DNA from: Antedon mediterranea
Lineage: Eukaryota; Animalia; Echinodermata
Direction: 5' to 3'
DNA length: 64,000 bases
NCBI RefSeq assembly: GCF_964355755.1
Contig: NC_092674.1
Location: 23,002,001 to 23,066,000, forward strand
The notes under the pieces were generated by a model that saw only the letters and a program-made list of their open reading frames with translations, made no database searches and was not told the DNA's origin. Below, piece after piece: positions 43,801 through 54,126 of the stretch. The translations under genes and the position numbers were made by a program. How positions within the stretch are numbered: position 1 is the stretch's first letter; each line of letters begins with the position of its first letter.

Positions 43801-46800
43801 TTTTCAATTGGATTTAATAATAAATTAATACTTATAATATCTTTATGGGAATTTTTAAAATTTAATCAATTTCGTTTAAATTCCATTTGAAGTTACGATA
43901 TAATAATTCCAATTGGATTCCTACTAAAATCGAGCTAACTTAATTATTGTTGAATGACCGAGCCAAGAAGGTTAGGAAACAGATAAGATTATAAACAAGT
44001 TTATATCCACTTTTAATTATAAATACTATTTCAAATCTCCCTATCTATTAACAGGGCTAAGCAATCAGAATTTTAGAATCAGGTTGCAAAAAGTAATTGG
44101 CAAGAAATATTTGTCTACCAACTCATCAATAGATTCATAAGTTGTGTACTTTCAATTAACATGCAAAAAAAACACATTTATTTTTTTATTCGAATATCAA
44201 AACAGCAAGCCGCAATTGTTAATGAATAAGATCAAATAATTAGAATTTATATATGCAAGATTACAAATTGTACGCGGCTTCCTTTTTCAAAGAACGCTTC
44301 CTTCGTAATTAAATCAACGAGAAATGTTGCTCTTCCGAAGGTCTGCGGTAGATGTACAAGATTGCGAGTTAAACTCATGGATCTTGTTAACCACTAACAA
44401 GAATTTCCACAAAAGGTTGTCGCCCCGCGAGTTGATAAACGCAGATTACAAATTCATAATCAAGTTCAGTAGGTTAGCGATTCATATCACACCTGCGTAT
44501 GTGTGTAACTTCCGAATTGTTCGTCTGTTTCTTTTAAAAAATAAGCAACTCCTGGGATGTTTATATATCAACAAAACATGTTTTTACGCAAAAAAACAAT
44601 AAAAGTTGACCTTTTGTTTCTGTGATATGGAATGCTAGATACATAGTTAAATATCCCTAGTGATGTCATTCATGATAATGATAAAATACAAAAGGGAGTC
44701 GACATTTTTGTTATTTTCAAAAGTTATGTATAAAGGATGTGAGAATCGAAAGTTTCACACGAATATAACGGAACCTTTTGTTTTGAATACGTAGTAAGAA
44801 AGGAAATAAACATTCCAGAAATAAAATCAATAATTATATACTGTAAAACTGTATTTAATTAATAGGATGCCCCCTAAATAGGGATTGGCTGTAGTGTATT
44901 GCCTTGTACAGTGTATTCTTAATAGGAATGTTCCCTGTGTATGAGTCTCTCAAAGTCTGTACTGTAATTGTATATATAAACATTTTTAATACTTACTGTG
45001 TTGTTTTTTTCTTCCAGGACTTGTCTTTGGCTTTAATGTATCTGAAATACCTGTGGATGTTGATATTCTGTACGATTCAGACCGTAATGAGATGCGTGAA
45101 GCCTTCACTGTTCTCCTTACCCCAGATCAAAATAACATTGCTGAACTTGGAGTAAGTACAGTATACCATACAAAGCAACATAACCGCATTACTTTAACAA
45201 TACTTATATCACGATTATGCTTCACCAAATAATGTGGTAACATTTGGGGTACAAATACAAGGGCCGTAGCAACCTTACTAGATTTTCACAGAGGCCTTCG
45301 ATAATCTGTTGTCTTGAACAGAGATTGTTCCCTTTTCTTGTGAAAACCGCACCACTTTATTTCTTGTGAACACATCACTGAATTTTAATTCGATTTTTAT
45401 GTAAGAAAGTTAAAAATAGAAAATAGAAAGGGATAAATGAAAAATAATTTAAATATGTTTGTAATTGTTCTCGTATTTTAGGATAGCAAGGCTATTGTTT
45501 ACATTGATCAGACCGGTGGTAATGTTGCCGGTATCACTTTCCCAGCACCACCTGTTGTCGTTTCACTACTCAATTATGATGACGCCACCAACGGAATCGT
45601 AGAACCTGTACCTGGATATCCAGTCGTCTGTGTTACAGTAAGTTTTATTTTTTGATTAAAAAAACCATAGTGACTTTAAAATGACTTACAGTTATGAATA
45701 AATTAAGTATGATTGACTGCATGCATTCTTTTGAACTCCGACAGTCGTGTTCTACAAAAGTTACTTTCAATTTGTTAATTGGTGAAAAATTAATGGCATT
45801 AATGACTGCTGTTGCATAGCTAACTTCCACATGGAAAGGACTTTTTTTCCAGATATGTACAAATAGATTCATTAATTATTTTAAGCTGTTGTGAAAATCC
45901 ATCAATCGGAACAAAATGTATAATGTTTTAATTAATTAATTATTCTACTTAATTAAACATCACTAGTAACCATATAGTGGTACTAATGATCAAAATACAA
46001 AGGCAAAAAATGATCTGAGTTGAATGATAAAGTTAAAGTTGGTCCTAAAGTTCTTAAAAATAAAGATTAGAGAAAACAGATTTAAATTACAAAGAACTAA
46101 AAAGAAAAGAACCCATGCCTTTTTGACACACTTATGGCAAACCTCTATTCAGGGAACATTTGTATAAGGGGTCGCATTCCTGAGTTCATAAAGTGTTTTT
46201 ACTGTAAATTTTAACACCTAATTCATTGTGGTTTTTCTCTTTTTTCCGTAGCCTTGCAACCCAAAACATCCAGACTTTGCTGTCACTGGTAGTATCTGTA
46301 CCACCGAGGGTGTCAATGATACCATGACTCAGTTCAGATGGATGGTAGCTGCACCCAGTGCTGCCAACGGAGCCACCAGCCCACTCAGGGAAGTCAGCAG
46401 CAACACATTCTTCACAAGCACCAACCAGGTTAGTTTTTAGTTTTGGTTTTTTGACATTTCTAGTCCATTCCGTAATATTATGTTTAGTCCATCTAATCTG
46501 TTTGCTATACCTGTTAAAATACAATATGCTAATATTAATTTTATCTATTCACAGCTTACACTCGACAGCATATACTTTGCCCCAGGATCAAGAGTTCAGT
46601 GCTCTGCCCGTGCTGTAAGCAACCTTGGTGACCCAGGCCGTGAATACATGAGTGATCCAGTAATTATAAGCAAGTCAGAAGGACTCTGTATGCCAAGAAC
46701 CCCTGGAGCTGTTGGTGCAGATCCTTTCACTGCCAAGCTTAGATACACAGGACCTGCAGATCCCGATCATCCTAATATGATTAAACTTACAGTTACTATG

Positions 46801-49800
46801 CCTCACACAGGTACAATACTTTATGATATAACATACTTGTGATATTGATATTCCGCAGGCTACATTATTTTTCTCACCTCTCTCTATGTCTGTAAAAGTA
46901 AAATCCAACCTGTAAAATGTTTTACATAAAGTTAGAATCATGATTTAATCTTAGGTACCGATTATTTCATTTTTATAAAACTTTTTTGAATAGATGGTAT
47001 GCTTCCCGTTATCTCCACCCGCCAACTGTCCAACTTTGAATTGACACTCAGCGAGGACGGTCTCCGTGTCGGAACTCATCAATGCTCTAACTTGCTCGAT
47101 TTTGACGAGGTCCGAACCAACTACGGTTTCATCACCAAGGACACCAAGAACCCTAACGTGGTTGGTGAAACCAAGGACTACCAGTTCAGCAGTGACATGA
47201 GAACAGACCGTACCCTTAGGTTTTACCGCAACCTGGATATGGACTCTTGCCTTTGGGAATTCACAAACTACTACACCATGTCTGAGCTTTTAGATCGATG
47301 CGGTGGACAGATTGGAACCGATGGACAAGTAAGTTTTCTTCCGACAGACAGACTTTCCTTAGGGCATTTGTTTGTTCATTCATGGTTCGCTAATAACCAA
47401 TTTACCATAGTTTCCTTGCAGCAATGTTCCACTTCATGCATGAAGTCAATTACATGGAAATTGATGATGACTCCACCACAAAAACTTACATGTTGATACA
47501 TACAGAAATTCATATTAAAAAAAAATAACAAGCTATTTTTCTTATTTCATAAAGAAACTCAAATTTCTTTCTAAAAAATAGATAAACCAATAGAACAGAA
47601 CAACTATATGAAAAACTAGACAATTATTAGAATCAAGATTAGATTGATTTATTTGTCTCATCATGGCCCTAGACAATATAAGCAAAATTTTTTCATTTAA
47701 AACAAACAAAAAAGTTTAATGGAAAATAATACAAAGAAAACAAGCAAAGTAAAATTAGTGTAAAATACTTAAACACAGACAAAAAAATGGTTTTTATAAA
47801 AAATTTTTAAGATAAAGAACTAAAAAAATTGTGTTAAAAACCAAAATCACTTATTAATTTACTTACTTTCAGGTGCTTGATCTTGTTCAATCATACGTCT
47901 CTTTGGATGTACCTCTGTACGTATCTTACATCTTCCACTCACCAGTAGGAATCGGAGGATGGCAACATTTTGATCTGCAATCTAACCTCCGTCTCACCTT
48001 CGTATACGATACCTCAATTCTTTGGGAGAATGGTATTGGAACCAGTCGGTCAGATTTATCCTCATTGCAAGGTAAGTAAAAATTAATAGAGGGTAAGTAA
48101 GTAAAATTAGTAGAGGGTACTTGTTAGGCACTGTTCTGAATGGTACAATACTGGAGGTTGAAATAAGCAGTGAGGTACATCTTGTGAATTACCTATACCT
48201 CTCTAAAGTTAGTCAAATTACGCCTTAGGCCTATGCTAATAAATAGTGAGTTAAAAGCCTAAGCTGGAACTATGCTCCTTATTTATCAAGTTAAATAATC
48301 CTTGGAGGGAGACATTTTAAAAAATAAAAGTAGTTATTAATTTCTCTGACCATGTATTCATTTTCTTCCAGGATACCTGTACCCAACCAGCATGAGAATT
48401 GAAAAGAATGGACGTCTAGTAGTGGACTTCAGAACAGAAGCACGATTCCGCGGACAGTTTGTGCTTGCACATCCAAGTACGTATCTGCTACTACTTACAC
48501 TAAAATATCTCATACAAATTTATTAAAGGATACAAATTTAGAACGTCCAATTCTTAAGTGTGTGCTAATCACATTTAATATCTTTTTTTTTAGATACAGA
48601 TATTGAATCAAACGTCTTCTCAGCTGATCATCCAGGAGTGACCTATGACCTTGATCTGATCAGATCTGAGCCAACCTTTGCTGAACCTGAACAATTGTGG
48701 CAGTTTACATCAAGTGTTGCAGTAAGTAGAGGTTTTTTTGTATAAAAGAGTATATTTTCATAGAATTGGTAATACTTCAGAAAAATCTGTTTTTTAAGCC
48801 AAGAAAATGTGTGTTGCAGCCTATTATGTTGTTAGACACTTAATTATTCATTTTTAAGATCCGGGTGTATTTACCTAAAGTATGTATTTTTATCTGCAGC
48901 TTTCCGACTACAGTGGTGCATATACTGTGCGTCTTGTTCCTTGCTCAACACCTGTTGGTGCAACATACTCTGAGCCAATCGTCTGCAATCCAAATGACCC
49001 AATTGAGTTCCAGATCCCGATCCGATTCCAGCAAGTCAGCGACCCTGTACCAGCAGAGTTCAGCCTCAATTCCGAGTTTGTTTTGATGAACAAAGAATCA
49101 CTGTGGTTATCAGATGGATCAATGGGCTTCGGCGAGGGTAGCGACACTGCATTTGCTCCAGGTGAGTATTTACAGAAATTGGGCTAAGCAAATACTTAGG
49201 CCAAATAAAAAGAATTCTCTATTAATCAATTTGTATAATTTTTGTTGTATTTTTATGTATTTGTTAATTGAATTGATGGATAGCTAATTATAGAAAAAAA
49301 TCCCTCTCTTAAAAAAGATATGTAAAATCTAGTTATTCTGACAATTTTTTTATTTGGTATCTTATTTATATGTTGAAAAACCTTAATCTGAGAAGTAAAT
49401 TGGATAAAACAATGAGAAAGATATGAGAAACAGAGAAAATGTTTATTGATAAATATAGAAATAGTAAAACAATTAGTATTTATTAAATTTGATCAGGTGA
49501 CACCATCTTCGGTCGTATCCATGTTGATCCTGTCCAAAACCTTGGAGATGGATTCTTCCTAAACATTGAGAAAGTGTTCCTCTGCAGTGGACTCGATGGT
49601 TACATTCCAAAGTACAACCCAACCAATGATGAATACGGCTGTGTTGCTGATACACCAAACCTGCTCTACAGCTACAAGATCCTGGTAAGAAATCTCTGTC
49701 ATTGGCAGAAAAGCTTAAAAATCATTTGCAAATTTTATTAATTGCTTTGTTTGTAACTTATTGCATGATACGTCCAAGTTATCATCCATATTCATTGATT

Positions 49801-51082
49801 TCCAGGAAAATCAATGCGTCACAAAAGTTTATTAAAATCTTGAGTTATCTGATTCATCAATATGAGTTGAAATATTAATAGCATGCCCTCTCTTGATCCC
49901 AGGATGTTGCCAAGTATTTCTTTCAGTTTCTGAGCACTTCAATTATTTTACATTACTTTTTAAATTTATATGGCTTACACAACATCAGGTGAGTTTAGTT
50001 TTCCACCTCGTCCATGCAACCAAATATACTTCTATAACCCTATTAACTTTATTCAAATTTCCAATTTTTCAGGATCGTGCAGCTCCAACTACAGTTGTTT
50101 CCGACATGGGTGGAATCACCTTTAATGCTAGCCTGGCTATTGATGATAGAAACGCCGCTGCCCTTGCTCAGATGCCAAATGCTGATGGGTTCAGTATGGG
50201 TACTAGAGCACTTTTTGAGGTAATTTGATACATTTACGTAATCATTAAGTAAAAACTGTATATTGTTTTCATATGATAAGCTGTTTTTTTATCAATTCAT
50301 TAAATACATTTTAGTGGGGAGTAACATATTAATTAGGTGAAATTGGTCCTATTCCTTCACATTCCTGTTTCATATATTTTAGGCAAATCTTTGTATGCGC
50401 TTAGTTGATAGCTTATGATTGTTTGTCCCATAGTGCTCCACAAATAAAAGAAACTGTAAACTTTCCAACCAATAGTGCTGTAGGTTGAAAATAGTAAAAT
50501 CTTCTGTAATGTAAATGAGGAGATCCAACCACAATCAACGCCCAAGGACATTACCTAACTTATGGTTTTTCATTTTCTCAGGCCTCTGCTGGCAGACAGA
50601 ATTTCTTGCATGCCATATACACCATTCGTTCATCTGAAAACGCTGGACGTGGCATAGGCAAGAGAAGTATTGAGTACCATAGCATCGGTAATGCAAACCA
50701 AAACTCCCTACGAAAACGACGAAAAGTTGAAGCTGCAGATGTTCAAGAACTATCTTCAATCGGCAACGACGGGCTCGGTACAAACATCCACAGGATTGCT
50801 ATGTCACAAAAGGGCGGCAGTAGAATTCTAACATACGACAACAACGATATTGGCTCAAACTACGAGAAAGGGGCCAATAACATTGCCCCAACTAATTCAA
50901 TAATGCCTGTAATCATTGGCGTAGTTGGAGCTGCTATTATTCTATGTCTCGTTCTTATTATAGTTTTGGTTTTACGTAGGAAAAAGGCTTCACCTGTTGC
51001 TGCACCAACGACCGTGTACCAAAACGGTAGTGCTAAGGTAGTTGCGTCATCTGGTAATGACGACGATAACACCGAAGTATAA
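22734..51082 (+). CDS. FREM2: FRAS1-related extracellular matrix protein 2 / ECM3-like gene, 3' part (21 exons; 5' CSPG-repeat exons outside window)
   Basis: 21 GT-AG bounded exons with matching phases give one open frame to TAA at 51080-51082. Translation matches FREM2/ECM3 motifs ([74 protein letters not shown]). Confidence 0.96.
22968..23111. repeat. 36-bp minisatellite, 4 units
   Basis: TTCGCTGCGAAGGTTGACCA(TT/CM)AGTAGTTCTCCACA-like units. Confidence 0.88.
23513..23743 (+). CDS. FREM2: FREM2/ECM3-like exon B (231 nt), Calx-beta 1
   Basis: gtatag|...|gtaatt; [32 protein letters not shown]...ILDPED. Confidence 0.94.
24030..24158 (+). CDS. FREM2: FREM2/ECM3-like exon C (129 nt), Calx-beta 2
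   Basis: ttttag|...|gtgaga; [43 protein letters not shown]. Confidence 0.92.
25374..25625 (+). CDS. FREM2: FREM2/ECM3-like exon D (252 nt), Calx-beta 2
   Basis: tcttag|...|gtaggt; [20 protein letters not shown]...[17 protein letters not shown]...MGGRIGS...ADTND. Confidence 0.94.
28744..28834. mobile_element. Degenerate copy of CAGTAGAACCTCT MITE family
   Basis: gaacccctc...cctctattaaggggacacc...ccccttaataggaattctactata. Confidence 0.6.
33375..33533. mobile_element. PIF/Harbinger-type MITE (family 2)
   Basis: About 23-bp imperfect TIR AGCTCTGTCTACACTATTAAACT / AGTTTGATATTGTAGACAGAGTT; TTA on both flanks. Confidence 0.72.
35018..35167 (+). CDS. FREM2: FREM2/ECM3-like exon E (150 nt), Calx-beta 3
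   Basis: ttgcag|...|gtaagt; [50 protein letters not shown]. Confidence 0.94.
37250..37887 (+). mobile_element. 5'-truncated LINE (L2/CR1/Crack-group) 3' end
   Basis: ORF end FKIMHGLCP...[37 protein letters not shown] typical of the RT ORF2 C-terminus; then 3' UTR, AATAAA at 37847 and (ATT)n tail. Confidence 0.72.
39137..39346 (+). CDS. FREM2: FREM2/ECM3-like exon F (210 nt), Calx-beta 3
   Basis: tctcag|...|gtaagt; [38 protein letters not shown]...[10 protein letters not shown]...NDTVSD. Confidence 0.94.
39883..40080 (+). CDS. FREM2: FREM2/ECM3-like exon G (198 nt), Calx-beta 4
   Basis: caacag|...|gtaaga; [18 protein letters not shown]...[25 protein letters not shown]...NFEA. Confidence 0.94.
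40715..40879 (+). CDS. FREM2: FREM2/ECM3-like exon H (165 nt), Calx-beta 4
   Basis: atttag|...|gtaagt; [27 protein letters not shown]...[11 protein letters not shown]. Confidence 0.93.
41438..41620 (+). CDS. FREM2: FREM2/ECM3-like exon I (183 nt), Calx-beta 5
   Basis: attcag|...|gtaagt; [11 protein letters not shown]...[31 protein letters not shown]. Confidence 0.93.
43297..43532. repeat. Exact 118-bp tandem duplication
   Basis: 43297-43414 repeated at 43415-43532 with no differences seen. Confidence 0.9.
45018..45151 (+). CDS. FREM2: FREM2/ECM3-like exon J (134 nt), Calx-beta 5
   Basis: ttccag|...|gtaagt; [45 protein letters not shown]. Confidence 0.92.
45482..45637 (+). CDS. FREM2: FREM2/ECM3-like exon K (156 nt)
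   Basis: ttttag|...|gtaagt; [10 protein letters not shown]...[17 protein letters not shown]...GYPVVCVT. Confidence 0.92.
46252..46428 (+). CDS. FREM2: FREM2/ECM3-like exon L (177 nt)
   Basis: ccgtag|...|gttagt; [16 protein letters not shown]...[14 protein letters not shown]...SPLREV...TFFTSTNQ. Confidence 0.92.
46555..46810 (+). CDS. FREM2: FREM2/ECM3-like exon M (256 nt)
   Basis: tcacag|...|gtacaa; [21 protein letters not shown]...AKLRYTGP...[10 protein letters not shown]. Confidence 0.93.
46994..47328 (+). CDS. FREM2: FREM2/ECM3-like exon N (335 nt)
   Basis: gaatag|...|gtaagt; [23 protein letters not shown]...LRFYRNL...[10 protein letters not shown]. Confidence 0.94.
47873..48071 (+). 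CDS. FREM2: FREM2/ECM3-like exon O (199 nt)
   Basis: tttcag|...|gtaagt; [35 protein letters not shown]...LQ. Confidence 0.94.
48372..48476 (+). CDS. FREM2: FREM2/ECM3-like exon P (105 nt)
   Basis: ttccag|...|gtacgt; [35 protein letters not shown]; donor chosen by phase match with next exon. Confidence 0.9.
48594..48721 (+). CDS. FREM2: FREM2/ECM3-like exon Q (128 nt)
   Basis: ttttag|...|gtaagt; [43 protein letters not shown]. Confidence 0.92.
48900..49161 (+). CDS. FREM2: FREM2/ECM3-like exon R (262 nt)
   Basis: ctgcag|...|gtgagt; [15 protein letters not shown]...[17 protein letters not shown]...[11 protein letters not shown]...AFAP. Confidence 0.94.
49497..49684 (+). CDS. FREM2: FREM2/ECM3-like exon S (188 nt)
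   Basis: gatcag|...|gtaaga; [40 protein letters not shown]...[18 protein letters not shown]. Confidence 0.93.
50073..50219 (+). CDS. FREM2: FREM2/ECM3-like exon T (147 nt)
   Basis: tttcag|...|gtaatt; DRAAPTT...FNASLAIDD...[15 protein letters not shown]. Confidence 0.92.
50582..51082 (+). CDS. FREM2: FREM2/ECM3-like terminal coding exon: basic cleavage sites, TM helix, PDZ-binding tail
   Basis: tctcag|[17 protein letters not shown]...RGIGKRS...LRKRRK...[29 protein letters not shown]...DDDNTEV-TAA. Confidence 0.94.
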   Translation, partial: ASAGRQNFLHAIYTIRSSENAGRGIGKRSIEYHSIGNANQNSLRKRRKVEAADVQELSSIGNDGLGTNIHRIAMSQKGGSRILTYDNNDIGSNYEKGANNIAPTNSIMPVIIGVVGAAIILCLVLIIVLVLRRKKASPVAAPTTVYQNGSAKVVASSGNDDDNTEV

Positions 51083-52893
51083 AAACTAAAAAAATAATGA
51101 CGTCCAAATGGCAAATCCATGCAAATTTGAACTGATTTATTTTATTACCGTATTATTAAATTAAAACGTTGGTGTAAGAAGCTACAATATAGGGTAAACT
51201 TATTGTAATTATTATATTTTTATTAACAATTTTTAGACAAAGAGGAATTTTAACTACATTAGAAAAACCATATTTGATAAAACATAAATTCTATCATCTA
51301 GTTTTGTATCTGTATATTGTCTCTTATATTAAATTTTTGGATTCTATTTTCTAAAATACAGTAGGCTACAGTATGTAGGTTTTTATACTTGCAACGTATA
51401 TAGTGCATATACTGTATCATGGTGCCTGGAAGTTGCTAATCTTTTTTTGTTGTGTTTGTTATTTTAAGCAATATTAAAAATACACTACTTTTTGCTTGTA
51501 AATTTATGCTTTTTGTTAGTGTAAGGAATATGTATAAATTATATATTCCTGTTTTATAGAAAGAGGCTTCGTTTGCTGCATGTACAGTGACATCAATTCT
51601 TGTGTTACGCTGTAAATAAAACAACATCTTATTAATTTTATAAACAGCAAATTAAAACTGATATCTTGTTGAATATTAGTACTTTATTTTATTAAATTAA
51701 CTACCAATAACAATATAATATATATTATTATATATAATATATAGATTTATTAACGTTTCTGGTTAGTTAAGTCTTAACTGAGCTGATTTTGTTTTTTATT
51801 TCATATCTTGGTTGACGAAAAAAATGAAACTAAGTTTATTTTTTTGCCTCTTATTTATGCTTTAAGCTGAAATGCACAAGTCTTGCAGAATAATGTATTA
51901 TTTTATTGATATTTTTGTAGAAAAAAAAACATTATGTATTGTTGTAGAACAGTAATTTGCATAATTCAATTGTTAATTTTACTATTATTTGTTGGTATTT
52001 TATATTAGTGTTAATTTAATAAACTAGCAGGGGTAATTCAGCTGAACACTAACACTATTTAACCTATATTCAACTTGCTATGTGGCTATTAGGCCTAAGA
52101 TATCAATTTTACAATATTTCTATATATTCACTTTGTATTGAAGCACCCACTTGACACAATTTTAAACTTACCTCCAAATTTGGACAAGTGGTCCATGGGC
52201 TAAGGCAGACCAACTATACACAACTTAGTCAAATGTTGTGTTTAAATGTGGTGAGCTTTCTTATAGTACAATAATAGTACAGTAATAATATTAATAATGT
52301 CATACTTTTATGCCATCATATATTTGTTAAAATTAACTGAACATCCACTTTCAGTAGTCTTTCAATAAACTATTATCATACCCTTCGTAATTTTTATAAC
52401 ATTTCATTGTAAATTATTCATTTATTGATATGCAAAAAATGCATAATAATGTTTTATATTATTTTAGTTCAGCTATATGTTATTTATGCACCAAGAACTG
52501 AATTGTTTTAGTATATTGTATAGATGTTTTTTTACATTAACAGGACCAATGCTAAATTACACTTATATTTTTCAAAACGAAGAAAAAAAAACTATTTTCA
52601 TGCATTATTTAAGTTGACCGATTAATTTGGGAGTTCATTTTTAACAGTTTACAGTATAATAATTGAAAAAAGTTTTATTTTTAAAATTTATTTTTACTGA
52701 ATTTGTAGATGTAGCTCAACTTGGTCAGGTCCAGCAAACTAATGCACATTTTCATTGTTTTCATTTTACCATTTTAACGAATATTTTAAACATTTTATAC
52801 CATTTGAAAAACAACAATCTTTTTAAAAGTGTTTTAAAGTAATCTTTTTGGTAATATTCATTGTATATGTGTACACATGTCGGAAATAATTCA

Positions 52894-52933
52894 AATAAAA
52901 AATTTTGGAATTGGGATTTATTGTTGTGTGTTT
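52894..52933 (+). terminator. Likely distal polyadenylation signal of the FREM2-like gene (3' UTR about 1.8 kb)
   Basis: AATAAA at 52894-52899, upstream TGTA motifs and a downstream GT-rich tract (ttgttgtgtgttt at 52921). Other AATAAA at 51615, 52018 and 52364 are alternatives. Confidence 0.45.
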
Positions 52934-53331
52934 ATTTTATTTATTACAGACTTGATACTTCTATGTTATTCTTTCAAAACGTTTTATCTCTTTTTTTATC
53001 AAACAAATGATGACATTTTTAGTTTACCACGCCAATCGGAAAATAGCAAAGTTTACAGATCACATTTTATATGCTCTGTAGGCCTACATACATTTTTGTT
53101 TTTTGTTCCTAGAATATGAATATACTGTATATATATGAAAAGCAAACAGAATATTTTACATTTTAACTTACTCTTTCAGAACGTCATTCAGAGCAAGTTA
53201 ACCTATTTAGGGAACATGTATCTCCTGCTTGCCATGGGTGATATTGAAATTTATAAGGACATGTATTGCCTCATAAGATATATTAAGATTTATAAAGCGC
53301 ACATATATGAAAGTGTCCTTCATGCTAACTT

Positions 53332-53567
53332 TCAAGGTCATTTAACCTAGATATTTCCAAAATATAAGGATGCCAAATTTGCTCAGACCGATAGTACATT
53401 GCTACATCTATTATCTTTTATGCAACATGTACTTAAAAAAGTTAAATTTATTCAATGATTCTTAATCAATGTTTTAAACACGCTGATTGGATGAAGTACA
53501 TACAAGAAAGCACAGGACGAAGGTCAATGTTACGCTTGTTGATGTTCCACCCTCTGATGTATAAAAG
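53332..53567 (+). promoter_or_regulatory. Putative promoter of the SDR gene
   Basis: TATAAAAG at 53560-53567, inverted CCAAT (ATTGG) at 53486-53490, DR1-like AGGACG-A-AGGTCA at 53514-53526, TCAAGGTCA at 53332-53340; ATG at 53677. Confidence 0.55.
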
Positions 53568-53676
53568 GGTACGGCGGCGGTGTCCAGGGTATTCAATTAT
53601 AAACACACATTAGGCCTAGAGGTAGGTGTTGGGCATAGTATAAAGATTAGTAATAAAAAACGTATGATTGTACATC

Positions 53677-54126
53677 ATGTTCATTGTATTAGAAGTACTG
53701 CTGTTAACACTCAAAATTATTGCAGCCTTGGCAGTAGATTTTTATCATTTATTTGTACCGTATCCGAAGAAAGATGTAAGCGGTAAGGTTGTGCTCATCA
53801 CCGGCGCTGGGCACGGTTTAGGCAGGTCGTTTGCCCTTCATTTTGCCAGGCTAGGTTCTACATTGGTGCTATGGGACGTCAACACGGAAGGCAACGAAGA
53901 GACAGCCAAACAAGTGAGAGAGTTGGGGACTGAAGCATATACATTCACGGTGGATGTTCGGAAAAAAGACGTGGTTTACGAAACTGCAAAATCTGTCCAG
54001 GATAAAGTCGGCACTGTTGATATCCTTTTCAACAATGCAGGGGTGATTTCGGGTGAAGAAATTTGCAACCTGACTGATTCTCAGATTGTTAGGACGTTTG
54101 AAGTGAATGCCATTTCGCATTTTTGG
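53677..54126 (+). CDS. SDR exon 1
   Basis: ATG in catcATGt; MFIVLEV...TGAGHGLG...NNAG...SHFW|gtaagt. Confidence 0.9.

Noticed and set aside
48477-48486. Alternative or U12-like donor GTATCT after exon P
   Set aside because: Wrong phase for exon Q and not the U12 consensus GTATCCTT.
53668-53676. ORF-track start of the SDR at 53668
   Set aside because: That codon is TTG; the first in-frame ATG is at 53677.
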